A stretch of 64,000 bases of DNA, taken from assembly GCA_947624285.1 (NCBI GenBank), contig CANQJS010000002.1:16993-80992 (forward strand), given 5' to 3'. Shown one piece after another: positions 29,894-38,110 of the stretch. The notes under the pieces are model-generated. The model was not told the DNA's origin and searched no databases. It saw only the letters and a list, made by a program, of their open reading frames with translations. The stretch is from an uncultured Clostridia bacterium (lineage in GTDB: Bacteria > Bacillota > Clostridia > Oscillospirales > Acutalibacteraceae). Within the stretch, counting starts at the first letter, position 1, and the number at the start of each line of letters is the position of its first letter. The translations under genes and the position numbers were made by a program.

Positions 29894-31495
29894 ATGGCTG
29901 GGAAAGGCGACGGAACCGGTGGCAAAAAAGGATTTTGGGACAGCTTCTTTGATAACCCTTTCGGTGGAATGTTTGATTTCAACGGCGACGGCAAAGAAGA
30001 TTTAGGCGAACAATGGCTCGGTTGCAAAATCCTTGAGGATATAACAAAAGAGGAAAAAGAAAAGGATAGCGACATATTAGATGGCGGACTGTTTGATTCG
30101 GACGGAACTCACGACCATTCTTGGAGGCTCACCTGTGAAGACGGCTTCGAGTTCGGTCTCGGCCACGAAGACTTTGAAACCGAAGAAGAATACGCAGAAG
30201 CACTTGAATACGCGAGATTAGGAGAGCCGATTACGAATTTCGGCGCAGATAACTTCTCTTCCACCATGAAAAGCAGCGCTTCCTTCCCGAAAACCGCAAA
30301 TAATCAGAACCATGAAGCCGATATTGCGACCGAAAAAGACAAATCGATCTCAAACAGTGCAAGTGATGCCGTTAAATCCGGCTCCGAGAACCTAAATGCG
30401 TCCACTATGAGCAAGGCGGAATATAAAGCGTCACGGCAAGGGACAGCTCTCGGAATTGTATTAAGCGCTTTTGTAACGCTGCTGTTTTCGGTTCTCCCTT
30501 GTGCCATCATTTGGGCGGCCGTTTTCAGCTACGATGAAAAGAACAGCGCAAGCTGGCTTGTGACCCTTGTATTTGCCGGGGGCGGGATTGCAGTCCTCGT
30601 TCTGGCTCTAAAAGCGTGTCTGTCGAATATTTCTTGGGATCTTAAACAACAAAAAACCGTGAAAGAAAAATATTTGTCCTCTATTTCTGAAGATGAGAAG
30701 CAAAAGCGTGCCCATAAAATCAAAACTTCAAAAATCGTTTCCTTGGTTTGCATGCTTCTTGCTATCGTTTCAGTAATCACGGCTGTTACCATGGAACAAT
30801 TCCACTTGAATTCGGTATATTCAAAAGCTGAAAAGTTGATTTGTGAAGAACGGTTTGAAGAAGCCGAAACTACGCTGAAAGAGATAGAAGATTCGAATTA
30901 CAAGGATACGGCGTCGTTGTTGCTTCTATGCGACGCGCATGGAGATTACTCCTCTGGGCATTCTGTGGATGCGTACTACACAATGAAAGAGGCTCATTTC
31001 AGTCACCAGTCCACCGAATCAATGAACAGCATCCAGTCATTCAGCCAAATTTTAGATCAGGAATACGACCGGTATATCAAAGAGCGTTCCGAGCGAGAAA
31101 TGCAGGCGTATGAGGATAGAATCATAAACGGCGTTCCTTATGTTGGGATGCCGGAATCCAGAATTAGCGACACTTCGCTCGGCAAGCCTTCGAGCAATGT
31201 CCGGCATAATGTGGAAATCAAAAACGGAGATCGATATACTGCAAATCTGTATGATTTTTATTCCGGGAAAAATTTGATTTTTACTGCCAGATGTATCAAC
31301 GGCATCGTCACCCAAGTATGGGACGAACGGGGCGACCCCATAAAGCCGTATGTACCCGACAAAAATCATTCGGCTACCACAGAGCCGAGCGTAGACGGTT
31401 TTAACAATCCCGAAGACTTTTATGATTGGTATTGGGACGATTTCTTCGATTATTACGATGCTGAAGATTATTACTATGAGCATGGTGGAAAGTGA
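29894..31495 (+). CDS. Hypothetical membrane protein with acidic/aromatic termini
   Basis: RBS AGGAGG; 'DFNGDGKED' loop, about three TM helices, C-terminal 'DFYDWYWDDFFDYYDAEDYY'. Confidence 0.8.
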   Translation: MAGKGDGTGGKKGFWDSFFDNPFGGMFDFNGDGKEDLGEQWLGCKILEDITKEEKEKDSDILDGGLFDSDGTHDHSWRLTCEDGFEFGLGHEDFETEEEYAEALEYARLGEPITNFGADNFSSTMKSSASFPKTANNQNHEADIATEKDKSISNSASDAVKSGSENLNASTMSKAEYKASRQGTALGIVLSAFVTLLFSVLPCAIIWAAVFSYDEKNSASWLVTLVFAGGGIAVLVLALKACLSNISWDLKQQKTVKEKYLSSISEDEKQKRAHKIKTSKIVSLVCMLLAIVSVITAVTMEQFHLNSVYSKAEKLICEERFEEAETTLKEIEDSNYKDTASLLLLCDAHGDYSSGHSVDAYYTMKEAHFSHQSTESMNSIQSFSQILDQEYDRYIKERSEREMQAYEDRIINGVPYVGMPESRISDTSLGKPSSNVRHNVEIKNGDRYTANLYDFYSGKNLIFTARCINGIVTQVWDERGDPIKPYVPDKNHSATTEPSVDGFNNPEDFYDWYWDDFFDYYDAEDYYYEHGGK

Positions 31496-31706
31496 TGAGA
31501 TGTGTGGAACCATCTGACTCAATACTCGGTAAAGCCGGAAAGAAGGGCATTGGATGCCGTTTATAGATATTTGAAACTCGATTTGTGTGTATTGCATAAC
31601 CGGTCGAAATCATTCCTTTGCGATAATTGCAACACTTTTGCAACATGTAATACTAAAATTTCAGAAGGAATAGTTGCAGGCGGTTACATATTAAAGTAAG
31701 GAGTGA

Positions 31707-32477
31707 ATGTTTGTGTCTAACTTATTAAAAAAGAAAGCAGAAATCAATACAACTAAAACAGTCGACGAAATTGAGTCTGCGGTATATGCTCATATCAAGC
31801 CTTATGGGTTTAAAAAACACGGCAGAACACTCCATCGCTTTGTTTCGCATGATATTTCGCAAGTCATCCACTTTCAAAGCGGTATGCCAACACACGGAAT
31901 GGGTGGCCTTCTTTGTGTGAATTTGGGTATTCGTATCCCGGAGTGCACTGACAGAAGTTTTCATCCTCAAGGAGAAATGAAGAAGTATTACCACGAATAC
32001 GAATGTACCATTCGTTCCAGATTGGGAATTGTCAGCGGTAAAAAAGAAACTTGGTATGACCTGCGTAAAAGAACAGATAAAATCGTAAAAAGTATTGTTG
32101 ATGAAATAGATCAATATGTTTTGCCGGCTTATGAAGTCTTAAACAGTAGAGACGCAATCCTTGCACATAGAAAAGATTATCCACTATTGGATAATATGAA
32201 TTCTCTCATTCTTTTGGACGAATGTATGATATATGGTCATCTTGGCAACATCGAAAAAGCAAGAGAATCATTTGATGCGTATTATGAAACTGCCGTTTCT
32301 GAGTATAATGATAAAATTGCAAACGGGCGCAAGCATTATCTTAAAAAAGGTGAACGCATTGTTTTTATGGGGCAGGATATAACTGCTGAAAAAGATGGTT
32401 ATGTGACACTGTATGGAGCAAGCCACGGACACATTGATTATCTTGATGAATTAGCTGCAAGCATTGGGATAAGGTAA
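31707..32477 (+). CDS. DUF4304-like protein
   Basis: 'IKPYGFKKHGRTLHR...QVIHFQ...VNLGI'; RBS AAGGAG. Confidence 0.7.
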   Translation: MFVSNLLKKKAEINTTKTVDEIESAVYAHIKPYGFKKHGRTLHRFVSHDISQVIHFQSGMPTHGMGGLLCVNLGIRIPECTDRSFHPQGEMKKYYHEYECTIRSRLGIVSGKKETWYDLRKRTDKIVKSIVDEIDQYVLPAYEVLNSRDAILAHRKDYPLLDNMNSLILLDECMIYGHLGNIEKARESFDAYYETAVSEYNDKIANGRKHYLKKGERIVFMGQDITAEKDGYVTLYGASHGHIDYLDELAASIGIR

Positions 32478-32545
32478 AAACCACTTGATACTATTCCGCA
32501 AGCGGTTTTGGATTTTTATTATACAGTCTAAAAAAGGAACACAAG

Positions 32546-33118
32546 ATGGAGATTACAATTAAAAAGCTGTCCGCAGGGCTTGCCGATGATTTTTTCGGAT
32601 TTTTTGATAACGATGCTTTCTCCGACCACGACGAATGGAAATGGTGCTATTGCCTTGAAAGTCATTTGTCCGCACAGGAAAACGATAAACTGTGGGGGAA
32701 AAAGAATAAGCGTCGGAAAAAAGCAGAAGAGCTGATTCGAGCGGGTACTATGACCGGATATCTTATTTATGACGCTGCCCGTGTTATCGGGTGGTGCAAT
32801 GTGGGAGACAAATCCGATTACCGTTCAATTTGTGAAAACGAAAAATACCGCACGGATATTTTAGATAAGGGTAAAATCAAAATCATATATTGTATGGATA
32901 TCGCGCCAAATTATCGGGGTCGGGGAATCGCAAATCTCGTAGTCGAAAAAGCTATTGCCGATGCAAAAGCGGAAGGATTTTCTTATATGGAAGCCTATCC
33001 GTTTACCGATAAGGAATTTATCTATCAATACAGAGGCCCCCGCAGATTATATGAGAAGCACGGTTTTGTGCTGTACCGTGAGCTCACGGATTTTTATATT
33101 ATGCGAAGAGCGCTGTAA
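32546..33118 (+). CDS. GNAT acetyltransferase
   Basis: 'IGWCN', 'IAPNYRGRGIA', 'EAYP', 'LYEKHGF'. Confidence 0.92.
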   Translation: MEITIKKLSAGLADDFFGFFDNDAFSDHDEWKWCYCLESHLSAQENDKLWGKKNKRRKKAEELIRAGTMTGYLIYDAARVIGWCNVGDKSDYRSICENEKYRTDILDKGKIKIIYCMDIAPNYRGRGIANLVVEKAIADAKAEGFSYMEAYPFTDKEFIYQYRGPRRLYEKHGFVLYRELTDFYIMRRAL

Positions 33119-33196
33119 TTGCAGATAAACTTTCCGGTATCCCTTTTCGGGGGTAAAGCAGCTTCCAAATACGGATATACATTCATGCAAAATCAG

Positions 33197-33224
33197 CGGC
33201 GGCGGGGAGAAATCCCCGCCGCCG
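33197..33224. repeat. Junction palindrome, copy A (loop GAAA)
   Basis: CGGCGGCGGGGA-GAAA-TCCCCGCCGCCG, perfect 12-bp arms. Confidence 0.9.
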
Positions 33225-33326
33225 AAGCGTATAATCTTTGCCCAAAACCGCCTGCTCCCGTTAGGAAACAGACGGCAATTTTTATGTGATTTTGAAACCC
33301 GCGAAAGCGGCATAAATATGTGAATT

Positions 33327-34769
33327 TTAATGCTTATCCAAGCACAAGTCGCCCCGCGCGGAAATGCGCTTTTTGTTTTTCCCCGCCGACAACTGCCTGT
33401 ATGTCGCCGCAATTATCAATGCGGAAATAACGGCGGTCAAAATATCGGAGAGAGGCATGGAATACAGCACGCCGTTCAGCCCGAAAAACATCGGCAAGAG
33501 GAGCGCAAAGCCGATGCCGAACACGATCTCGCGGATCATTGAAAGCATGGTCGATGCGACCGCCTTTCCCATCGCCTGAAGAAAAATAAATGTCGCCTTA
33601 TTAAGGCAGGCAAAAACTATCATACAAAGATAAATCCGAAACGCCTTGACGGCAAAATCCGTATAATAAACGCTCTCGTTTGCCGAGCCGAAAATACCTA
33701 TCAGCTGACGCGGCAAAAATTCCACAACGAGCATGGCGATAATGCCGACGGCAGCCTCGCAGACAAGCAGCAGTGAAAAGAGGCTTTTTACCCGCCCGCG
33801 GCGGTTTGCGCCCATATTGTACCCCACAACAGGAATACACCCCGCCGCCATACCGATAACGACGGAAATTACGATTTGAAACACTTTCATTACGATCCCG
33901 ACGACTGCCATGGGGATCTGAGCGTAGGCGGCCTGCCCGAAAACGGGATCCTGCGCACCGTATTTACGAATCATATTGTTGATCGCAGCCATAGCCGCCA
34001 CCAAAGAAATCTGCGAAAGAAAGCTGCATATTCCGAGTGAAAGCGTGCGCCCCGCAATTTTGCTGTTCCAACGAAAATCACGCCCCGATAATTTAACGGA
34101 CTTTATATGCAGAAGATACCAAAGGGAAAGCAGAGCCGTTGCGATTTGACCGATCACCGTTGCCACTGCCGCGCCCATCATTCCCCAATGAAACAAAAAG
34201 ATGAATATCGGATCGAGAATAATGTTGAGAATCGCTCCGAAAAGGGTGGAGATCATTGCGAATTTCGGACTTCCGTCCGCACGGATTACGGGATTCATCG
34301 CCTGCCCGAACATATAAAACGGAATACCGACAGAAATATAAAAGAAATATTCTTTTGAAAGCGCAAAGGTCTCCTCGTTGACTGTCCCTCCGAACAGCGT
34401 GATGATAGGCGTTGAGAAAATCAAATACAAAGCGGAGAGAAAGACGCTGCTTATAACCGTAATCAAAACCGAAAGCCCGATGCTGTTTGCGGCGGCTTTT
34501 TGATTTCCTTTTCCGAGATTAAGGCTGACAAAAGAGCAGCAGCCGTCCCCAATCATAACCGCGATAGCAAGCGCAATGACCGTGAGGGGAAACACCACCG
34601 TGTTGGCGGCGTTGCCGTAGGAGCCGAGATAGCTTGCGTTTGCAATAAAGATTTGATCGACTATATTGTAAAGTGCGCCTACAAGCAGTGAAATTATACA
34701 TGGCACGGAATACTTGCCCATAAGTCTGCCCACTCTTTCCGTGGCAAGATAAGATTGATTTTTTTCCAT
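33327..34769 (-). CDS. MATE efflux transporter (MepA-like), copy 1
   Basis: 'PCIISLLVGALYNIVDQIFI', 'IRADGSPKFAM', 'NIILDPIFIF'; ATG 34769 after GGAGG. Confidence 0.95.
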   Translation of the reverse strand: MEKNQSYLATERVGRLMGKYSVPCIISLLVGALYNIVDQIFIANASYLGSYGNAANTVVFPLTVIALAIAVMIGDGCCSFVSLNLGKGNQKAAANSIGLSVLITVISSVFLSALYLIFSTPIITLFGGTVNEETFALSKEYFFYISVGIPFYMFGQAMNPVIRADGSPKFAMISTLFGAILNIILDPIFIFLFHWGMMGAAVATVIGQIATALLSLWYLLHIKSVKLSGRDFRWNSKIAGRTLSLGICSFLSQISLVAAMAAINNMIRKYGAQDPVFGQAAYAQIPMAVVGIVMKVFQIVISVVIGMAAGCIPVVGYNMGANRRGRVKSLFSLLLVCEAAVGIIAMLVVEFLPRQLIGIFGSANESVYYTDFAVKAFRIYLCMIVFACLNKATFIFLQAMGKAVASTMLSMIREIVFGIGFALLLPMFFGLNGVLYSMPLSDILTAVISALIIAATYRQLSAGKNKKRISARGDLCLDKH

Positions 34770-34790
34770 ATAGTAACCTCCCATAAACAT

Positions 34791-34854
34791 AAAAACGGCG
34801 CAAGCCCCAAAGTTGGACTTACGCCGTTTCAGCTACACACTGATGATAATTATA
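34791..34854 (-). promoter_or_regulatory. MATE promoter and leader terminator/attenuator (identical in copy 2, 41191-41254)
   Basis: TG-A-TATAAT, then AAACGGCGTAAGTCC-loop-GGGCTTGCGCCGTTTTT ahead of the RBS. Confidence 0.6.
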
Positions 34855-35033
34855 TCAGATATTTTTCTTTTTTCAAAGGCAATTCTGCACAAAAATTATA
34901 CGGATAGGGTAAAGAAAAAATGATCAAAAAACTCACCGCGAAATATATAAATACCGCTTTCGGCCGATAGCAATACATAGCTTTCGGATTTACAAAACGG
35001 TTTTTGATAAGCATTTGATAATAAATTTATGTG

Positions 35034-35057
35034 GCGGCAGGGATAAGTCCTTGTCGC
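35034..35057. repeat. Junction palindrome variant (also at 41435-41458)
   Basis: GCGGCAGGGA-TAAG-TCCTTGTCGC; 18/24 identical to copy A. Confidence 0.7.
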
Positions 35058-35070
35058 TGTTCTGTTGCGC

Positions 35071-35104
35071 CATACTTGACGTTGACGTAAGTATGTGCTA
35101 TACT
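35071..35104 (+). promoter_or_regulatory. R-M1 MTase-operon promoter overlapped by a palindrome
   Basis: TTGACG-17 bp-TATACT overlapping CATACTT-GACGTTGACGT-AAGTATG. Confidence 0.75.
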
Positions 35105-35132
35105 TATTACATAGTTCTTTCGGAGGTGTATT

Positions 35133-35381
35133 ATGGATTCTGCAAAATTGCTAGAGTGGCTTAAGGTTGAAAAGAAAATGAGCGCTCGCTCTGCCAAAGA
35201 TGTTCTTTCCCGCTGCTCAAGAGTTTACAGAATTTTAGGTGTTGACTGTTTTGACGACAATACTTTGGATATTCTTCAAAACAGCGATGAGTTTAAATCA
35301 AGCTCTATGTTTATAAAATCTCAGCTCAAGAGGGCGGTAACTTTGTGTTTGGAATTTACCAAAAATACCGAAACGGAGTAA
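35133..35381 (+). CDS. 82-aa helical protein (integrase N-terminal SAM-like; putative DNA-binding)
   Basis: RBS GGAGGTG; 'LLEWLKVEKKMSARSAKDVLSRC...SQLKRAV'. Confidence 0.7.
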   Translation: MDSAKLLEWLKVEKKMSARSAKDVLSRCSRVYRILGVDCFDDNTLDILQNSDEFKSSSMFIKSQLKRAVTLCLEFTKNTETE

Positions 35382-35544
35382 ATTATACCGTTTTGAGCGC
35401 GTATGCTCACAGGGATTTTGAAACATTCCATTTTACCAAAAGAATGAAAGCGGGTTTATTATCAAGCCGAAAATTCCGCATATGCCCCTGCGGTTTACAT
35501 GGCTGCCAAAACATCGTTACTGCCTTGGGTTAGGAGAAAACAAT

Positions 35545-36633
35545 ATGAAACGATATAACATAATGGATTTATTTGCCGGCGTCGGTGGATTAAGTTACGG
35601 CTTTTCAATGCTTCCTCAATTTGATATCGTTGCGGCGAATGAAATCGAAAAAGACATTTCCGTTGCGTATACATTGAATTACCCGAATGTGAAAATGCTG
35701 AATTGCGATATAAACAATCTGACCGAAGATATTTTGAAAAAGGCGCTGAAAGGGCAAAAAGTCGATATAGTTGTCGGAGGTCCTCCCTGCCAGTCTTATT
35801 CTACTCTCGGCAAAAGGCAAAACGATGAAAAGGCGAATTTGTTTAAGCAATATAAAAGAGTTTTAAAAATCCTGCAACCAAAAGCATTTATCTTTGAAAA
35901 TGTTGTGGGTATCCTCAGCATGGATAAGGGAAACCTTTTTAAGCAAGTTCGGGCCGAATTTGAGGAGCTCGGTTATAATTTGCGTTACAAAGTGTTAGAT
36001 GCCGTTGATTTCGGTGTTCCGCAGCGCAGACAGAGAGTTTTTCTCGTGGGATTTAAGGAAAAGAATGACTTTGTTTTTCCTTCTCCCACGCACGGCGACG
36101 GGTTGAAACCGTATGTTACGCTTAAAGACGCTATCGGCGATCTGCCGACTTTAAAAAGCGGAGAGCAAAAAAGCAATTACGATACCGGTATCACAAACGA
36201 ATTTCTTAAATTTGTCAGAGATAATAACGCATCTGTTGTTGAGGAGCATATCGCTCCCAAAAACGGAGAGCATCTTATTAAAATTATGCAAACATTAACA
36301 GACGGTCAATCTAAAGATGATTTGCCCGAAAATATCCGTCCGAAAAGCGGATACGGTAATACTTACGCGAAATTATGGTGGGGCAAGCCGTCTACAACAA
36401 TTACAAGAAATTTCGCATGTCCTTCTTCTTCAAGATGTATTCATCCAAGGGATTCAAGAGCTATGTCGATTCGAGAAGGAGCAAGATTACAGAGCTTTCC
36501 GGACGATTATAAATTCTATGGATCTGACGGTATGAAACGATTAGAAATCGGTAACGCTGTCCCGCCGCTTCTTTCAATTGCTATTGCTAAACAAATGCTT
36601 GAAGCGTTAAAAAATCAAGACGCCGTTAATTAG
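35545..36633 (+). CDS. DNA (cytosine-5)-methyltransferase, R-M1
   Basis: Motifs 'DLFAGVGG', 'GGPPCQ', 'FENV', 'PQRRQR', 'REGARLQSFP', 'IGNAVPP'. Confidence 0.97.
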   Translation: MKRYNIMDLFAGVGGLSYGFSMLPQFDIVAANEIEKDISVAYTLNYPNVKMLNCDINNLTEDILKKALKGQKVDIVVGGPPCQSYSTLGKRQNDEKANLFKQYKRVLKILQPKAFIFENVVGILSMDKGNLFKQVRAEFEELGYNLRYKVLDAVDFGVPQRRQRVFLVGFKEKNDFVFPSPTHGDGLKPYVTLKDAIGDLPTLKSGEQKSNYDTGITNEFLKFVRDNNASVVEEHIAPKNGEHLIKIMQTLTDGQSKDDLPENIRPKSGYGNTYAKLWWGKPSTTITRNFACPSSSRCIHPRDSRAMSIREGARLQSFPDDYKFYGSDGMKRLEIGNAVPPLLSIAIAKQMLEALKNQDAVN

Positions 36634-36667
36634 TGCGGCGTCCCGGTTAAGGCAGTATATCAAACGA

Positions 36668-37507
36668 TTATTTTAGGAGGTTTTCTAATTTGCCATAGTC
36701 GTGATGAAACTGTATTTGGCCTTGATGCCATTGAACAAAACCAAATGGCAATTGAATCGTGGTTCCTCCATATGAGGATCCATAATAGGTTTCATTTTTT
36801 GCAGCTTCTTGAACGGCATTACAAACATCCTCTATGGAGAATATGTCATCCGTATTATTTTCGCCAAGAAGATTTATGTACCATACAAAGTCAGACCATT
36901 CTTTGCTATCTTGCACGGCGCCCATAGAAAATGACAGTTTTGCAAGTTTGTAAGCATTATCAGTAAACCATTGCAATAACGCATTATAAAAATGCTCATT
37001 ATATGCCTTTAATGTAGTGGCATTTAAGCTCTTGTGCCGCAATTGCAAGTCATAATTTTTAGTTATAGTTTGATCGCCATATGCTTTAATGATATCCACG
37101 GCATCATCGGCAGCTGACCAAAACAGGTTGATTGCCCTACACACATCAAGAGGAATTTTACTTTTGAACTGCCTTTCAAAAGTATCAATAAACAGTCCTG
37201 CCTTTACAAGATACACTTGTCCCCCAAGACTCTTTTTAATGGAAATATTGATTACTTCATTTGTGTCAAGATAGACTTTCAAATCTGTTTTAGATTTTGT
37301 TTTTCGTCCATTGACGCTAGGCACATTTTTTTCGTGTAACCCGCCAACCGTTGTTTGTATGATATGAGCATCAAGCCTATCTAATCTTCTTAATAAGGAA
37401 GCAGAAAAATTCTCGTCAGTATCCAAGCGCATTTTTACTAAGTCTTCATTCTTATGGCCCGACAATTTAGCGTGTTGCCAACCTGTGGCCCGATTTCTGT
37501 GTTCCAT
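36668..37507 (-). CDS. Putative type II restriction endonuclease (PD-(D/E)XK), R-M1
   Basis: Convergent to the C5-MTase and directly downstream of the C gene; 'KTDLKV...NISIKK' catalytic-like motif. Confidence 0.75.
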   Translation of the reverse strand: MEHRNRATGWQHAKLSGHKNEDLVKMRLDTDENFSASLLRRLDRLDAHIIQTTVGGLHEKNVPSVNGRKTKSKTDLKVYLDTNEVINISIKKSLGGQVYLVKAGLFIDTFERQFKSKIPLDVCRAINLFWSAADDAVDIIKAYGDQTITKNYDLQLRHKSLNATTLKAYNEHFYNALLQWFTDNAYKLAKLSFSMGAVQDSKEWSDFVWYINLLGENNTDDIFSIEDVCNAVQEAAKNETYYGSSYGGTTIQLPFGFVQWHQGQIQFHHDYGKLENLLK

Positions 37508-37509
37508 AT

Positions 37510-37719
37510 CTATTCCTCCACAAACAATTTGTAAGTTTCAATTTCAAGAGCATCGGCAATTCGTTGCACATTTTCAAGAGCAATACTACGGCGATAGCAT
37601 TCAATAGCACTAATATAAGTGCGATGTAACCCACATTTTTCGGCAAACGCTTCTTGAGATAGACCTAATTTAGTGCGGTATTTTTTTTAATTGCTACCGA
37701 AAACTTTAACAATATCCAT
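37510..37719 (-). pseudogene. R-M controller (C) protein gene with a nonsense codon
   Basis: Near-identical to 44237-44449, but codon 11 TTA(Leu) is TAA at 37689-37687; frame otherwise intact. Confidence 0.88.
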
Positions 37720-37760
37720 ACTTGCAATCCTCCTGATTCTATATTATAATATTGTTGAAT

Positions 37761-37785
37761 ACTATAAGTCTACATATTATGATTT
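37761..37785 (-). promoter_or_regulatory. C-box-like operator
   Basis: Minus strand AATCATAAT-ATGTA-GACTTATAGT resembles GACTTATAGTC-type C-boxes; homologous site at 44491-44516. Confidence 0.6.
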
Positions 37786-37829
37786 ACTTTTGCGCAAACC
37801 ATATGCAGTTTTGTTGTTCTCAATTAAAA

Positions 37830-37865
37830 GAAAAAAGGGTTAGTCGAAAGACTAACCTTTTTTCT
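37830..37865. terminator. Bidirectional terminator
   Basis: AAAAAAGGGTTAGTC-GAAA-GACTAACCTTTTTT. Confidence 0.8.
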
Positions 37866-38110
37866 CGTTAAATGTGTATTTTTTGTCTTCAAGACATAAG
37901 TTGAAATCGGTTCATACACAAACCGCTTGCTTTCCTCCGTTAAGATATCTTCAACACATATCATAACATCATTGGCTAGAGAATATATCTCTGTGTATTT
38001 ATATTATATGATTTTTTTTAATTTGTAAAGCACTTTTTGCGAAAATTTTGTTGACAAATTTGTAATTATTTTTCTCCCACAATATGTAGTATATCTATAA
38101 AAAATCTACA

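Larger units (their letters stand above)
33171..35059. repeat. ~1.9-kb direct repeat, copy 1 (MATE gene plus flanks)
   Basis: Aligns by eye with 39570-41460 from ACGGATATACATTCATGC to GGCGGCAGGGATAAGTCCTTGTCGCTG. Confidence 0.95.

Noticed and set aside
31502-31699. 65-aa ORF
   Set aside because: It spans the arm-like repeat junction and lacks a convincing RBS; probably a chimeric remnant.
38075-38095. NrdR-box-like sequence CACAATATGTAGT (similar at ~1221-1234)
   Set aside because: Single imperfect matches in AT-rich DNA with no ribonucleotide reductase gene nearby.
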